DNA of 64,000 nucleotides from a virus, in IMG/VR virus record IMGVR_UViG_3300027896_000001, positions 64,001-128,000 of that record. One strand, given 5' to 3'. Positions 50,178 to 60,772 of the stretch are shown piece after piece. The translations under genes and the position numbers were made by a program. Position 1 is the stretch's first letter, and each line of letters starts with the position of its first letter. Under the pieces are notes generated by a model, which was given only the letters and a program-made list of their open reading frames with translations, was not told where the DNA came from and ran no database searches.

Positions 50178-50282
50178 TGCCGAGGTTTTATAATTAAATT
50201 GCGTCCTGGATATTATCTAAGTTATATTATTAACTGTTGAAACTGTTTACAACCTTTTTTTCCTAAATAATGGAGGATCCAA

Positions 50283-51185
50283 ATGGAACGCAGAACCAGT
50301 CATTTTGAAGACCATCTCAGTGTCGTCGAAGCCGGCCACGAAAAAACCGCATCGAAACTCTCAGCAAAAGGACAAAATACAACCCTACTCGCCAAACTCG
50401 CCGCAGAACTCGGGCTTGAAGGCAATCCGCCAGTAGCAGAAGGACAGAAAGAACTTCCAGGACGCGAACCTTCAGAGGCCAGTACCGAAGTCGCTGCCGC
50501 AATGGACGGTGTCGCGAATCCGCAGCTTGTCGCGGCAGGGACAGACGTCGCGGCCCAGGCAATAGGAATGGAACCCAAGGTCGTCGGTGAGACCGATCCA
50601 GTCCTCATTGCGACAGGCGAAGGCGAAGTGACCGATGCCGAAAATCTGAACCGTACCGAAGAGGCTGTCGCGGCCGCCGGTCGCGGAGCAGGCGGGGCGC
50701 AGGAAGGAAAACTTGAAACGGCGGCTGTCAATGCTCCTGAAAAAGCGGAAGCCGAAAAAGTCGGCCAGCTTATCGCCAGATCATTCCAAGCAACGTTGGA
50801 AAAAGACGCCGCGGATATCGAGTACACGGAAGCGCTCAATTTCCTCGCTGACAGGGGTATGCTGGACAATTATACGATTCGGGATCCCGGCCTCGAAAAA
50901 GTAGCATCGGAAGAAGTTGATGCACTCGAGAAAATCGCAAGCGGTCAGCCGCTTACGAGGGATGATGTCATCGCTGCCGCTGCCCAATATATCGAGGTCG
51001 AAAAAATCGCCGAAGAGGCAGATGCTCAAGGCCGCGCGGAAGCGCACGAGCTTGTGGAACAGGTTGCCGAGGAAGAGAAGCTTGCAGAGCTTGAGAACGA
51101 AGAGCAGGAAAAAATCGCCGAGCTTATGCAGGACGAGAACGTAGTCGCCGCGGTGAAGGTTCTGAAACAGTACAACCTCCTGTAA
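50283..51185 (+). CDS. Putative capsid scaffolding protein
   Basis: Very acidic, Ala/Glu-rich; seven EKxA motifs. Confidence 0.6.
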   Translation: MERRTSHFEDHLSVVEAGHEKTASKLSAKGQNTTLLAKLAAELGLEGNPPVAEGQKELPGREPSEASTEVAAAMDGVANPQLVAAGTDVAAQAIGMEPKVVGETDPVLIATGEGEVTDAENLNRTEEAVAAAGRGAGGAQEGKLETAAVNAPEKAEAEKVGQLIARSFQATLEKDAADIEYTEALNFLADRGMLDNYTIRDPGLEKVASEEVDALEKIASGQPLTRDDVIAAAAQYIEVEKIAEEADAQGRAEAHELVEQVAEEEKLAELENEEQEKIAELMQDENVVAAVKVLKQYNLL

Positions 51186-51210
51186 TCACTCGTTGATATA
51201 GGAGCGTTCG

Positions 51211-51714
51211 ATGTTGATGAAAGAAACAAATATCGGCCGCCTTATCCTGGAAAATATCCCAATGGTTAAGGTGGCCGATAAAAATAAAAATTTCGACCCT
51301 TCCAGGGCTGTTGTAATCGCACAGGGATTGGCCAAGGTCGCATCATATCAGTACAATGAAAAGGTGTACCAGTCAGTCCAAGAAATGATGAAAATAGCCT
51401 CGGAATGTCTTGTCAATCTCAAATCCGCGTTCGACGAGGCAATGGAGAAAAATGCTCAGCTGCGCAAGGCGGCTGAAGTTCAATGCATCATAGAGGACAT
51501 GATGCTTAATGGCCTTGTTGGAGAACACGAAGTTCAAGAGAAGGTCGCCGAACTTATGGGCAAAACTCCTGAAAAGCTTGAAATAATGAAAGAGGCTGTC
51601 AAGCTTGCCAGTGGCGGAAAGAGTGGAAATATTTTTTCATTGGAAGCGGATTCTCCTATAATTAAAACCGCTTCTCAGAAACCTGGTATTTTTGATTCGG
51701 TAATTCCACAGTAA
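51211..51714 (+). CDS. Head-associated hypothetical protein
   Basis: KVA/KLA/KTA motifs; between scaffold and capsid genes. Confidence 0.6.
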   Translation: MLMKETNIGRLILENIPMVKVADKNKNFDPSRAVVIAQGLAKVASYQYNEKVYQSVQEMMKIASECLVNLKSAFDEAMEKNAQLRKAAEVQCIIEDMMLNGLVGEHEVQEKVAELMGKTPEKLEIMKEAVKLASGGKSGNIFSLEADSPIIKTASQKPGIFDSVIPQ

Positions 51715-51735
51715 TCACAAACAAAGGAGTATCAC

Positions 51736-52257
51736 ATGTTGGAAATTCTTACCCCACTTAATAAGTGCGAACGCGTATCTCGGCAGATCGCCCCTGCAAC
51801 ATTTGTTGCAAAACCGGGCGAATGGGCTCAGGTTGAGTCCGACGGTTCACTGATCAATGTAGAGGCCGGCGTAAATGCAAAAATCAACAAACTCGTTATT
51901 GGCAGTGCATCATCGAACCAATACGAGTCTCATGACGTTGAGGTGGGGCGCATCACCTCGATGGAAAGCCATGGAATCCGCTGCAAGGTCGATACTGTTG
52001 GTTTTCACGATGTTGTTTCCCAGGGCGACGAACTCGTCGTTTCGAGCGCGTCGGATTCCCTTGGCAAACTGATGTCGGTCAACAGGGCAGCTTCGGGAAC
52101 ATACGAGGTTGTTGCAAGGGCAGAAGAAGTGAATCTCACAACCGGCTATCTCATTTTCAGAACCGTGTCTCCGTATATGAAGGCCGTTTCTCACGCAAGT
52201 ACGAGCGCGAGTGCTTCGGCCAGCCCGTCGGCAAGTGTGTCGGCGAGTCCTTCCTAG
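51736..52257 (+). CDS. Putative capsid decoration protein with a Ser-rich tail
   Basis: Immediately upstream of the MCP; tail STSASASASPSASVSASPS; paralog of 54754-55470. Confidence 0.6.
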   Translation: MLEILTPLNKCERVSRQIAPATFVAKPGEWAQVESDGSLINVEAGVNAKINKLVIGSASSNQYESHDVEVGRITSMESHGIRCKVDTVGFHDVVSQGDELVVSSASDSLGKLMSVNRAASGTYEVVARAEEVNLTTGYLIFRTVSPYMKAVSHASTSASASASPSASVSASPS

Positions 52258-52358
52258 TCAATAAAAAGGTTGGGGCCGTACCTTTAAATCGGCCCACGTT
52301 TAACTGAACGAAATCAGTAAAACTAAAAGTTTCTAAACCAAATTAAAAGGAGCCAAGT

Positions 52359-53387
52359 ATGTTGCGAGATCTTTCTGCGGTCCAGTTTAACGAGGCCTTC
52401 CTCGAAAAAATTGCGACCATTGAAGGGCAGGCGCAACTTACAGAGGCCGGTCGTCAATACGTCAAGACCGAGCTTCTGGAAGCTGCGTTTTCGCGCGCGA
52501 TAATTCCCCAGGAACCAGTCACGACATCTGATTGTCAGAGGAACATCAACGACAATTCCCTGTACATCATTCGCGACATCGAACCCGAGGCAGCGGCCGT
52601 CGGCGTCGACAACCTGGGTGAGCCCAATGGCAAATACGTGAAGGGTGAAAGGTACATCATCCCGATCGTGAACTTTGCCACAAACCGGTTCCAGATCACC
52701 GTGGAAGACCTTCGTGCGTACCAGTACAAAATCACGAAGCGTATCGAGGACAAATCGGTGCCAGTCCTCGAAAAATTGGAAGACAAGTTCTTCCTTCGTC
52801 TCGTCGGCGCCGCTGTTGGTGTTGCCTCTGCCGGTTCCCAAAAAGCCGTTGCATACGCGGCCGGCGACAACACTCTGGAAATTTCGACACGCGACATCGT
52901 CAAGATCAAGAACACTCTCGCGTCTGGCATCAATGGCAGCGATGCAAAGCGCAAAGAGGTCGGCTGCATTCTCATGTGCCAGGAAGCATTCGAAACCGCA
53001 GTCATTCTGCCGAGTGCCGGCGATGACTTCGGTAAGGACCGTGTTCTGAATGGTATCTCTTCGGATACCCTCTTCGGAACAAAGGTCGTTCGGACAATCA
53101 AGAGCGATGTTCTGCCGCGCGGCCACATGTGGGCCTTCACGACCCCGGACTTTTTCGGCCACAATTTCGCATTGGGCGATCCCAATTTCGAAATCAAGTC
53201 GAACTTCGGGCTCATCGAATGGCAGACGAAGGAATCAATCGGAATGGGTATCGGGAACGCCCTTTCCGCAGCGCTTATGACTCTCAAGGGTTCCGTGAAT
53301 CCGGGCGGGTCGACCCCTCTCGTGGTTACATCAGACGGAACAGTTCCTCAGGCAATTCTGGATTACTACGCTTCTCTAAAGGTGTAA
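52359..53387 (+). CDS. Major capsid protein
   Basis: 342 aa; strong codon bias; gene order; strong terminator after it. Confidence 0.75.
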   Translation: MLRDLSAVQFNEAFLEKIATIEGQAQLTEAGRQYVKTELLEAAFSRAIIPQEPVTTSDCQRNINDNSLYIIRDIEPEAAAVGVDNLGEPNGKYVKGERYIIPIVNFATNRFQITVEDLRAYQYKITKRIEDKSVPVLEKLEDKFFLRLVGAAVGVASAGSQKAVAYAAGDNTLEISTRDIVKIKNTLASGINGSDAKRKEVGCILMCQEAFETAVILPSAGDDFGKDRVLNGISSDTLFGTKVVRTIKSDVLPRGHMWAFTTPDFFGHNFALGDPNFEIKSNFGLIEWQTKESIGMGIGNALSAALMTLKGSVNPGGSTPLVVTSDGTVPQAILDYYASLKV

Positions 53388-53413
53388 GCCTGAAAGAAAG
53401 CGTATCGTTGGCG

Positions 53414-53448
53414 AAAAAAAAGGCCTGGCCCATCGGCCGGGCCTTTTT
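53414..53448 (+). terminator. Terminator after the MCP
   Basis: aaaaaggcctggcc..ggccgggccttttt. Confidence 0.8.
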
Positions 53449-53471
53449 GACAAGAAATAAGAAGGTTTATT

Positions 53472-53963
53472 ATGGCACTATCATTAAGCGAATATAGAGA
53501 TGCGTTGCGCACGTTTCTTAAGGATAGCCCTGAACTAAATAGATTGTTAAAATTTGAAAAAGAAAACACAGATCCTCAATTGGATCTTTATTTAAATATG
53601 GCAATTGGTTTCTTGAATTCAATTCCACCTTACATAGGGCCGTTTAGTTGGGAAAATTTTCCGATACCAAATCTTGTAATACATCAAGCCACAATTGAAT
53701 CTTTAATATCAAATAGTATTGTTCAGGCAAGAAATGAATTAACTTATAATAACGGCGGCGTCACTCTTAAAGTTGCAGACGGCGCAAGATACGTCACGAT
53801 TATTCAATTAATATATCGCGCAACCGATCAGGAAATAAGCGCATTGAAAAACATAAAAATAGCCATCAATATTCAACAGGGATATGGCGGCGTTTCAAGC
53901 CCATATTCCTATTTGCATGGAAGATCAGCAATTCTTAATCCCAATTCAATATTGGCTGGATAA
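53472..53963 (+). CDS. Putative head-tail adaptor/neck protein
   Basis: Position after the MCP; 163 aa. Confidence 0.45.
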   Translation: MALSLSEYRDALRTFLKDSPELNRLLKFEKENTDPQLDLYLNMAIGFLNSIPPYIGPFSWENFPIPNLVIHQATIESLISNSIVQARNELTYNNGGVTLKVADGARYVTIIQLIYRATDQEISALKNIKIAINIQQGYGGVSSPYSYLHGRSAILNPNSILAG

Positions 53964-53979
53964 TTAAAAAGGAGTATTC

Positions 53980-54720
53980 ATGGAACAGACAACTCTTAAA
54001 AAACAGGCTTGTGATGCAGGCAGAAGAGCAGCTTCTGCAGCTAAAAAAAGCATGCCTATGAAAAAACTCGCCCAAGGAGATTCAACAGCTTTTGACGAAC
54101 GTGTTCCATCAAACGATGTAGGAATGCAAATGTCAGAAACTCAAGGTCAACCCCAGCCAATGAAAGAAGCTGACCTTGCTCCTGGTTCAGATCAATATGC
54201 AGCCGTTCCAAACGCAGAAGGATTTCAAAATGCGGAAGGAATGGATGAAGGATTGCCGGCTGCGCCCCCGGAGATGATAGGGGCGGCCCATTCGTTTTTA
54301 GGCCCGGATGTCATGCAGGCCGCAATAGGAGGCGACCCAAACGCTCAGGACCTCATAGCGCGAACAGCAGCGCAGGTAGGAAGCGCTTTCATGACTATGT
54401 CTGCCAATACCCAGCCTCAGCAGGATATGGGCGCACAGCCAGGCATGGAGGGCATGGAAGGTCAGGAACAGGCTCAGATGGCTCCGCCAGCAATTACCTC
54501 TCCTGAAGAGGATTTGGCGGCCGAACTGGTGCCAAATGTGATTTCTCCAGTCCCACAGGCCGGAATGAATCAAGGGATGGCAGAACCAATTCCTGGTCAG
54601 TCCGCTCCAGAAGGGGCAGCTCCTGCCGAAGGAGAGCCAGAAGGTGAAGGAGAAAATCAGAAAGTCGATATAGGAACTGTTGCAAAATTAATCAATCTTG
54701 CGAAAGCAGGAAAAATTTAA
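53980..54720 (+). CDS. Gln/Pro/Glu-rich hypothetical protein
   Basis: AAGGAG RBS; KKQA and KKLA motifs. Confidence 0.65.
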   Translation: MEQTTLKKQACDAGRRAASAAKKSMPMKKLAQGDSTAFDERVPSNDVGMQMSETQGQPQPMKEADLAPGSDQYAAVPNAEGFQNAEGMDEGLPAAPPEMIGAAHSFLGPDVMQAAIGGDPNAQDLIARTAAQVGSAFMTMSANTQPQQDMGAQPGMEGMEGQEQAQMAPPAITSPEEDLAAELVPNVISPVPQAGMNQGMAEPIPGQSAPEGAAPAEGEPEGEGENQKVDIGTVAKLINLAKAGKI

Positions 54721-54753
54721 TCTGAATTTTCAATCAACTTAAAGGAGAAACCT

Positions 54754-55470
54754 ATGGCAGATTCACCGTCAATCAGCCCGTCAGCTTCTGAAAGCACATC
54801 GGTAAGTCCCTCAGGGTCAGCCAGCGCATCGGTAAGTCCCTCAGGGTCAGCCAGCGCATCAGTAAGCCCCTCAGGGTCAGCCAGCGCATCAGTAAGTCCC
54901 TCGGGGTCGGCCAGCGCATCAGTAAGTCCTTCCGGATCGGGAAGTCCTTCCGGATCAAAAAGCCCGTCCGCGTCACCAAGCGCTTCGCCGTCTGCGGCAA
55001 TACCGGAAAAACCCATGCTCGAAATTTTAACACTGATGGAAAAGATCGAAAGGGTTTCCCGGTCGATAGAGTCAAGTTTTGTGGCCTACCCAGGACTCTG
55101 GGCGGTACTCAATAATGACGGCTCGATCGAAAACATCACAGAAGGGTCGAATGCGAAGGTTAATAAACTCGTTATTGGATCCAAGTCATCCAGTGTCTAC
55201 GAGTCGCATGACACCGCGGTCGGAAGAATAACGACCATGGAAAGTCATGGCACAAGATGCAAAGTCAATTCCGGCGGATTCTACGGCAAAGTAAACCAGG
55301 GCGACAGGCTTGTGGTTTCGAGCTTTGCCAATTCACTCGGCAAGCTTGTATCCGTTGAAGAAACCGCAGAAACAGGAGATCATGAAATAGTTGCGCGGTG
55401 CGAAGAGGTCGATCCAAACGGCGATTGGATCGTCTTCAGGACAATGTCGCCAACAATCGTTTCTCTTTGA
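54754..55470 (+). CDS. Decoration protein paralog with N-terminal (SGSASASVSP)n repeats
   Basis: MLEILT..ERVSR..YESHD..GRITTMESHG shared with 51736-52257. Confidence 0.75.
   Translation: MADSPSISPSASESTSVSPSGSASASVSPSGSASASVSPSGSASASVSPSGSASASVSPSGSGSPSGSKSPSASPSASPSAAIPEKPMLEILTLMEKIERVSRSIESSFVAYPGLWAVLNNDGSIENITEGSNAKVNKLVIGSKSSSVYESHDTAVGRITTMESHGTRCKVNSGGFYGKVNQGDRLVVSSFANSLGKLVSVEETAETGDHEIVARCEEVDPNGDWIVFRTMSPTIVSL
54781..54930. repeat. 30-bp tandem repeat, about 5 copies
   Basis: tcagggtcagccagcgcatc(g/a)gtaagtccc units. Confidence 0.9.
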
Positions 55471-55554
55471 TAATTAAAACATTTTTAAAGTCCATAGAGG
55501 CAATAATACTATTTATCGTACTATTGCCTCTTTTGGCTTAATAAGGTAGATAAG

Positions 55555-56319
55555 ATGCGTTTGACAATAGGTATGCCAAGTTATAATAATTTTTCTGAAG
55601 TCTGGTTTACCATTCAGGCTTTAAGAATGTATCATAACTTAAAAGATTGTGAAATACTTGTAGTCGATAATTTTGGTGAAAAAAACATGGAAAAATTTAT
55701 AAAACAAAATGGTAAAGGAATAGTTAGATATGAAAAATTTGTAGATCGCGTAGGAACAAGTTGTGCTAAAAATAAGATATTCGAACTGGCAAAAGGCGAA
55801 ATGGTTATTTGCATGGATTCTCATGTTTTACTTAAACCCGGGGCTCTTGATAATATTCCTGTTACAGATGACTTGATCCATGGCCCATTAATATACGCCA
55901 GTACAAATTATTATTGTTGTGAATGGCTGCCGGTATGGCGCGGGAATATGTGGGGAATATGGGGAAAAAGTGTTACAAAACTGCCAGACAAACCATTCGA
56001 AATATGGGGAATGGGGTGTGGATTTTTTTTAACAAAAAAAAGCAGTTGGCTTGGTTACAATAAAAACTTTAAAGGATTCGGAGGAGAACAAGGATATCTT
56101 CACGAAAAATACAGAAAAGCAGGAAGAAAAGTATGGTGCTATCCTCAGTTCGTATGGATGCACATGTTTGATAGAAAAATACCTTATCCATTAGATATGT
56201 CATTAAGAGTGAGGAATTACATTATAGGATTTCAAGAATTAGGGCTTGATACCACTCCAATAAAACAGCATTACGGAGAAAAACTTTTTACAGAAGCAAT
56301 GGCTAAAATAAATGGATAA
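55555..56319 (+). CDS. Glycosyltransferase family 2
   Basis: LTIGMPSYN, VVDN, MDSH, GFGGE. Confidence 0.85.
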   Translation: MRLTIGMPSYNNFSEVWFTIQALRMYHNLKDCEILVVDNFGEKNMEKFIKQNGKGIVRYEKFVDRVGTSCAKNKIFELAKGEMVICMDSHVLLKPGALDNIPVTDDLIHGPLIYASTNYYCCEWLPVWRGNMWGIWGKSVTKLPDKPFEIWGMGCGFFLTKKSSWLGYNKNFKGFGGEQGYLHEKYRKAGRKVWCYPQFVWMHMFDRKIPYPLDMSLRVRNYIIGFQELGLDTTPIKQHYGEKLFTEAMAKING

Positions 56320-57043
56320 ATTAATAAGCGCGCTTTGCATTACTTATGGAAGGCCCAAATTGCTGGAAGAAGCAATTGAAAGCTTTCTCAGGCAGGATTA
56401 TGCAAACAAAGAAATGGTCATTGTAAATGATCTTCCTGAACAGGAATTGGTTTTCGATCATCCTCGAATAAGAATTTTTAATCTTAAAAAACGGGTTGAA
56501 ACAATAGGGGAAAAAAGAAATATCGCCGTTAAGCTGGCAATGGGAAGCATCGTTATTTGCTGGGATGATGACGATATAAATCTTCCATGGCGGATGTCTC
56601 AGGTTATGAATGTATTTAATTCTGATAAAAACATTAAATATTTTAATTTAAAAACAAAATGGTTATGGAGAAAAAACAATCTATCATTTAAACAAAGTTT
56701 GTGTGTTGGATTGCCGGCAATAGATAAAAAAACTCTTTTATATATTGGTGGATATAATTCATTAATAAGGGGAGAAGATACCGATTTAAATAAAAGAATA
56801 GCATTCAATTTGTTGTCACAAAATATTAAATTAATAGCTTTTTCAAAAGAAGAATGCCCAATTATTTATCGACAACATACAGGGTATTATCATCTTTCTT
56901 CAGTAAGCCACAAACCTGATGCAATGAAAATTATAGAAGATTCTGTAAAATCAAAACCAATTAGCGAGATAGTTGTTCTTAACCCTCATTGGGAACAGGA
57001 CTGGTTGCAATTAACCAAGGAGGCGACATGTTATCAAAAATAA
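56312..57043 (+). CDS. Glycosyltransferase family 2
   Basis: ITYGRP..IESFLRQDY, IGEKRN, WDDDD, GED. Confidence 0.85.
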   Translation: MDKLISALCITYGRPKLLEEAIESFLRQDYANKEMVIVNDLPEQELVFDHPRIRIFNLKKRVETIGEKRNIAVKLAMGSIVICWDDDDINLPWRMSQVMNVFNSDKNIKYFNLKTKWLWRKNNLSFKQSLCVGLPAIDKKTLLYIGGYNSLIRGEDTDLNKRIAFNLLSQNIKLIAFSKEECPIIYRQHTGYYHLSSVSHKPDAMKIIEDSVKSKPISEIVVLNPHWEQDWLQLTKEATCYQK

Positions 57044-57609
57044 CACAAAATTTTTTCTACAATGAATTTCGTCCAGCTGGTGCTCCTGTTACGTGGATGC
57101 CAATTTCTGATTATCAAAATATATTGATCACAATGCTGGCAAACAACCTGCAAATAGTACGGTCATCTATGCCTCCAGGGTCCACTATGACAATTTCATG
57201 TGGAGTAAGAGTTCTGTCAGATTTTAATCGTTTAGTAAGTCAGGGATATCATCCGTCTCCTACGAGCGATCATTTTTGTGGAAATGCTGTGCCGGTAGAT
57301 TCTATTTCAGATAAATTCAAAAGGTATGGTCCTGTATATTATTTTTCAGTAGGAGCCGCGGATATAATTCCAAACGGAATGGATAACGATTTATTATTCA
57401 GAATGGCAGTGCAAATGACATTAAGAGGAGTATGCAGATTCGGACAGATAATTAATGAACAGGATATTAAAAAAGGCACAAAATGGGTCCACTTCTCAAA
57501 TGATTATTCGAGTATATTCTCATCTGATATGGTTAAGTTTCTTAATAAACAGCCTTTTTTAACAACAATCGATGGAGGACTTACTTATACGCCATATCTT
57601 CCGGTATAG
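57028..57609 (+). CDS. Peptidase M15-like (Zn peptidoglycan peptidase)
   Basis: ISCGVR..N, SDH, AADI, WVH; AAGGAGG RBS before MLSKIT. Confidence 0.65.
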   Translation: MLSKITQNFFYNEFRPAGAPVTWMPISDYQNILITMLANNLQIVRSSMPPGSTMTISCGVRVLSDFNRLVSQGYHPSPTSDHFCGNAVPVDSISDKFKRYGPVYYFSVGAADIIPNGMDNDLLFRMAVQMTLRGVCRFGQIINEQDIKKGTKWVHFSNDYSSIFSSDMVKFLNKQPFLTTIDGGLTYTPYLPV

Positions 57610-57658
57610 ATTTTTACTCTGTTAATTTGTATAATTAAAATAAACGCTTGGATCAACT

Positions 57659-59230
57659 ATGCAATTCACATCTGTAGACGTTGTAAAAACAAAAGAAAAT
57701 TTTTATTATATTGAATGGGGATTTGCTCCAACAACCACGACTCCAGTTCCAACAACAGAGGCCCCTACAACTCCAGAACCGTTGGTTACCACTACCCCAG
57801 AACCGCATCATCCAGGCGGATTGCCTACCACTACCACCATGCCCCCGCTGTTTGATACAACGACTACGCCTGCGCCGGAATCTCCATCAACATCTCCATC
57901 AAGCAGCGCATCATCATCTGCCAGCCCTTCTCCTCCTCCAGAATCAGTTGATGATTATAATTTCCAAATATGGTGGAGCAGGGATCCTATTTCAGGATTT
58001 CTTGCTGTTCAAGATGTTAATGGGGATCCAATTGTAATAGATGGCGCGGTAGGTCCGCTTTGTTATACGCATCAAATACGTCAATACGATTTTAATCAAG
58101 ATAATTATTATAAAATTCTTGCTATAAAAAAAGTTGAATTAACTCAATTTTTCTCTGAAACTGTTTTTATCGGAATGTTCAGCGACGGCATTCATGAGGT
58201 AATGAAATACAATGAAGAACTTCTTTACCAGCATTATCAAGGCGAACCATGTCTTATAATCAAAAGAAAAAGCTTTGGCGCGCGTTGCCCTGTATGCTGG
58301 TCTAAAGAACGCCAACAAATGATAAGATCTCATTGCGATACATGTAAGGGAACCGGATTTGTTACAGGATATTATCAAGCAATTAGAGAACAGGTTTCCT
58401 TTGATTCGGATCCTAAAAAATCTGATTCTCAAAAAGAATGGGAAAATGTATATGACACAATAAGGGCAAGGTTATCAAATTATCCTTTAGTGAGGCCAAA
58501 GGATTTAATTGTAAATCTTGACAATAATAAAAGATTCGTTATCACTCATGTTGAAACAACAAAGCTTCCAAAATTAAGCGAAAGCAAACAGGTACTTTCA
58601 AAACAAAATTATATTTTAAGTCAATTACTCACCCTCGAAGAACTTAATCCGGATGATAATGAATATTTCATAGATGTGGACCATATTCCTGAAGTTCCGC
58701 AAGGGGATGAAGGTGGAACAGGAAGCACTATTCCGTTTTTTAATGATCATCTTCCGGTAACGGTTGATCCTCCATTATCAATTACAGACAACCATCAACA
58801 TGTAGTTTTAAATTACAGTTCGGATGATTTTAAATTAATAAATGGAATACTGGCTCTTAAAAACAGCACCGGATCGATAGGCACGGAAAGTTATATAGCC
58901 GCAGAGGTAATAGCGCCCGCTCTGAAAGTAGTTATTACAAACGGAGATGGAACAATATCTATTGCAGATTCTTCAGACAAAACGCAGGTTGATAAAGTTG
59001 TAGGAATAACATTGAGTGAAGCGGCTATGGGAGGATTGGTTGTTGTTCAAAAACTTGGAAAACTTGTGAATGTATCATGGAATTGGACAATAGGAAAAGG
59101 AATATTTTTTGATGATAATGGCAATTTAACCCAAACAGTTCCAGTAGGAGGTTATTGGATGAACATCGCAAAAGTGATAACTCCAACTATAATAGAGATT
59201 CTTTTACGACTTCCGGTAATACGGGTTTAG
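57659..59230 (+). CDS. Virion (neck-like) protein with a mucin-like Thr/Pro/Ser region and Zn finger
   Basis: PTTTTPVPTTEAPTT..SPSSSASSSASPS; CPVC..CDTCKGTGFVTGY; cement-like C-terminal domain. Confidence 0.6.
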   Translation: MQFTSVDVVKTKENFYYIEWGFAPTTTTPVPTTEAPTTPEPLVTTTPEPHHPGGLPTTTTMPPLFDTTTTPAPESPSTSPSSSASSSASPSPPPESVDDYNFQIWWSRDPISGFLAVQDVNGDPIVIDGAVGPLCYTHQIRQYDFNQDNYYKILAIKKVELTQFFSETVFIGMFSDGIHEVMKYNEELLYQHYQGEPCLIIKRKSFGARCPVCWSKERQQMIRSHCDTCKGTGFVTGYYQAIREQVSFDSDPKKSDSQKEWENVYDTIRARLSNYPLVRPKDLIVNLDNNKRFVITHVETTKLPKLSESKQVLSKQNYILSQLLTLEELNPDDNEYFIDVDHIPEVPQGDEGGTGSTIPFFNDHLPVTVDPPLSITDNHQHVVLNYSSDDFKLINGILALKNSTGSIGTESYIAAEVIAPALKVVITNGDGTISIADSSDKTQVDKVVGITLSEAAMGGLVVVQKLGKLVNVSWNWTIGKGIFFDDNGNLTQTVPVGGYWMNIAKVITPTIIEILLRLPVIRV

Positions 59231-59241
59231 GAGAGTGACAC

Positions 59242-60123
59242 ATGCCAAAAACCAGTGTTATCATACCATCCAGAAATGAAAGATTTCTACAAAAAACAAT
59301 TGATGATATTCTTTCAAAAGCTACAAAAGATATTGAGGTCATAGCTGTTCTTGACGGCTATTGGCCAAATCCAGCATTAAAAGAACATAAAAATTTAATA
59401 CTAATCCATGTAACAGATCCGAGGGGAATGAGGCCGGCAATCAATTCTGCCGCTCAAATAGCGCGTGGAAAATATTTAATGAAACTAGATGCTCATTGTA
59501 TGGTCGATAAAGGGTTTGATGAAAAATTAATGGCGGACTGTGATGACAACTGGATTGTCGTTCCAAGAAGATACAGTCTTGAGCCGGAAAAATGGGAAAT
59601 AGCTAAAACTGGAAAAGCCCCTGTTGATTGTCATTATCTTTCTTATCCATATCTGAAACCGGAAGAAATCGGAATGCATGGAGTCCCATGGACCGAAAGA
59701 GCTAAGGCAAGGATTGATATTTTAATAGACGAAGAAATGTCCTCTCAAGGTTCTTGCTGGTTCATGCGCAAAGATTATTTCTGGAAATTTGGCGGAATGA
59801 GCTGTGAGGGATATGGAAATTTTGTTCAAGAGGCTCAGGAGCTTGGATTGAGAGCGTGGCTATCTGATGGAAAAATGATGGTTAATAAAAAAACATGGTA
59901 CGCGCATCTTCACAAGGGGAAAACATATGGAAGAGGATATTATATATCACAACCTAAAATGGTTGCAGGCGCAATATATTGCGCAAATTTTTGGATGAGC
60001 AATAAATGGAAAGAAAGAAAACACGATATGGAATGGTTTATAAATAAATTTTGGCCCGTTCCAACGTGGCCTGAAAACTGGAAAGAACTTCGATTTAATA
60101 AGGAAACAAATGAATACTCTTGA
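59242..60123 (+). CDS. Glycosyltransferase family 2
   Basis: SVIIPSRNE, VLDG, KLDAH. Confidence 0.85.
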   Translation: MPKTSVIIPSRNERFLQKTIDDILSKATKDIEVIAVLDGYWPNPALKEHKNLILIHVTDPRGMRPAINSAAQIARGKYLMKLDAHCMVDKGFDEKLMADCDDNWIVVPRRYSLEPEKWEIAKTGKAPVDCHYLSYPYLKPEEIGMHGVPWTERAKARIDILIDEEMSSQGSCWFMRKDYFWKFGGMSCEGYGNFVQEAQELGLRAWLSDGKMMVNKKTWYAHLHKGKTYGRGYYISQPKMVAGAIYCANFWMSNKWKERKHDMEWFINKFWPVPTWPENWKELRFNKETNEYS

Positions 60124-60772
60124 TCGCTCAGAATGGGATAAAGGAAGGGTTGGAGAATTAGGGTTTTGGAGAAATTTTCTTAATAATAAATCTAAAAAAT
60201 ATTTAATTAATAGACTTCTTCATCCTAGACTTCATTTTATGCTGGGGGATAAAAAGGAAGTCAGTATCGCCGATATTGGCGCCGGAGCGATATCTATTAT
60301 AGGAAACACTTATGAAGGCGTCAAACTCAATATAACTCCTTCTGATTTTTTAGCTGACGAATACAAACAATTATTAAACGAATTAAATATCCATCCTTTA
60401 ATTTATACTGAAAAACAGGACATGGAAAAACTAACTTATGACAATAATACTTTTGATATAGTTTATTGTCAAAATGCTTTAGATCATTGTTTTGATCCTA
60501 AAAAAGCAATATTGGAAATGATACGAATTTGCAAATCTAATGGATGGATATATTTTCGGCATTTTCCGCATGTGGCAAAACATCATAGATATCGTAATTT
60601 TCATCAATGGAATATTGACAAAACAAATAATAATGATTGCGTTGTCTGGAACAGACAGGAACAATTTTTATTATCAAGTTTGGCAAGTGGTTTTAATACT
60701 GAAACAGAAACAGGACGCATAGGGATGGTTGTAACAACAGGTAAAAAAGAAAATCTAAAGGAGGTGTCGTGA
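60110..60772 (+). CDS. Class I SAM-dependent methyltransferase
   Basis: DIGAG, DMEKLTYDNNTFDIV, NALDH. Confidence 0.8.
   Translation: MNTLDRSEWDKGRVGELGFWRNFLNNKSKKYLINRLLHPRLHFMLGDKKEVSIADIGAGAISIIGNTYEGVKLNITPSDFLADEYKQLLNELNIHPLIYTEKQDMEKLTYDNNTFDIVYCQNALDHCFDPKKAILEMIRICKSNGWIYFRHFPHVAKHHRYRNFHQWNIDKTNNNDCVVWNRQEQFLLSSLASGFNTETETGRIGMVVTTGKKENLKEVS

Noticed and set aside
52323-53287. Long antisense ORFs over the MCP (also over the scaffold, RNAP and 54717-55075)
   Set aside because: Shadows of strongly biased or repetitive sense-strand genes.
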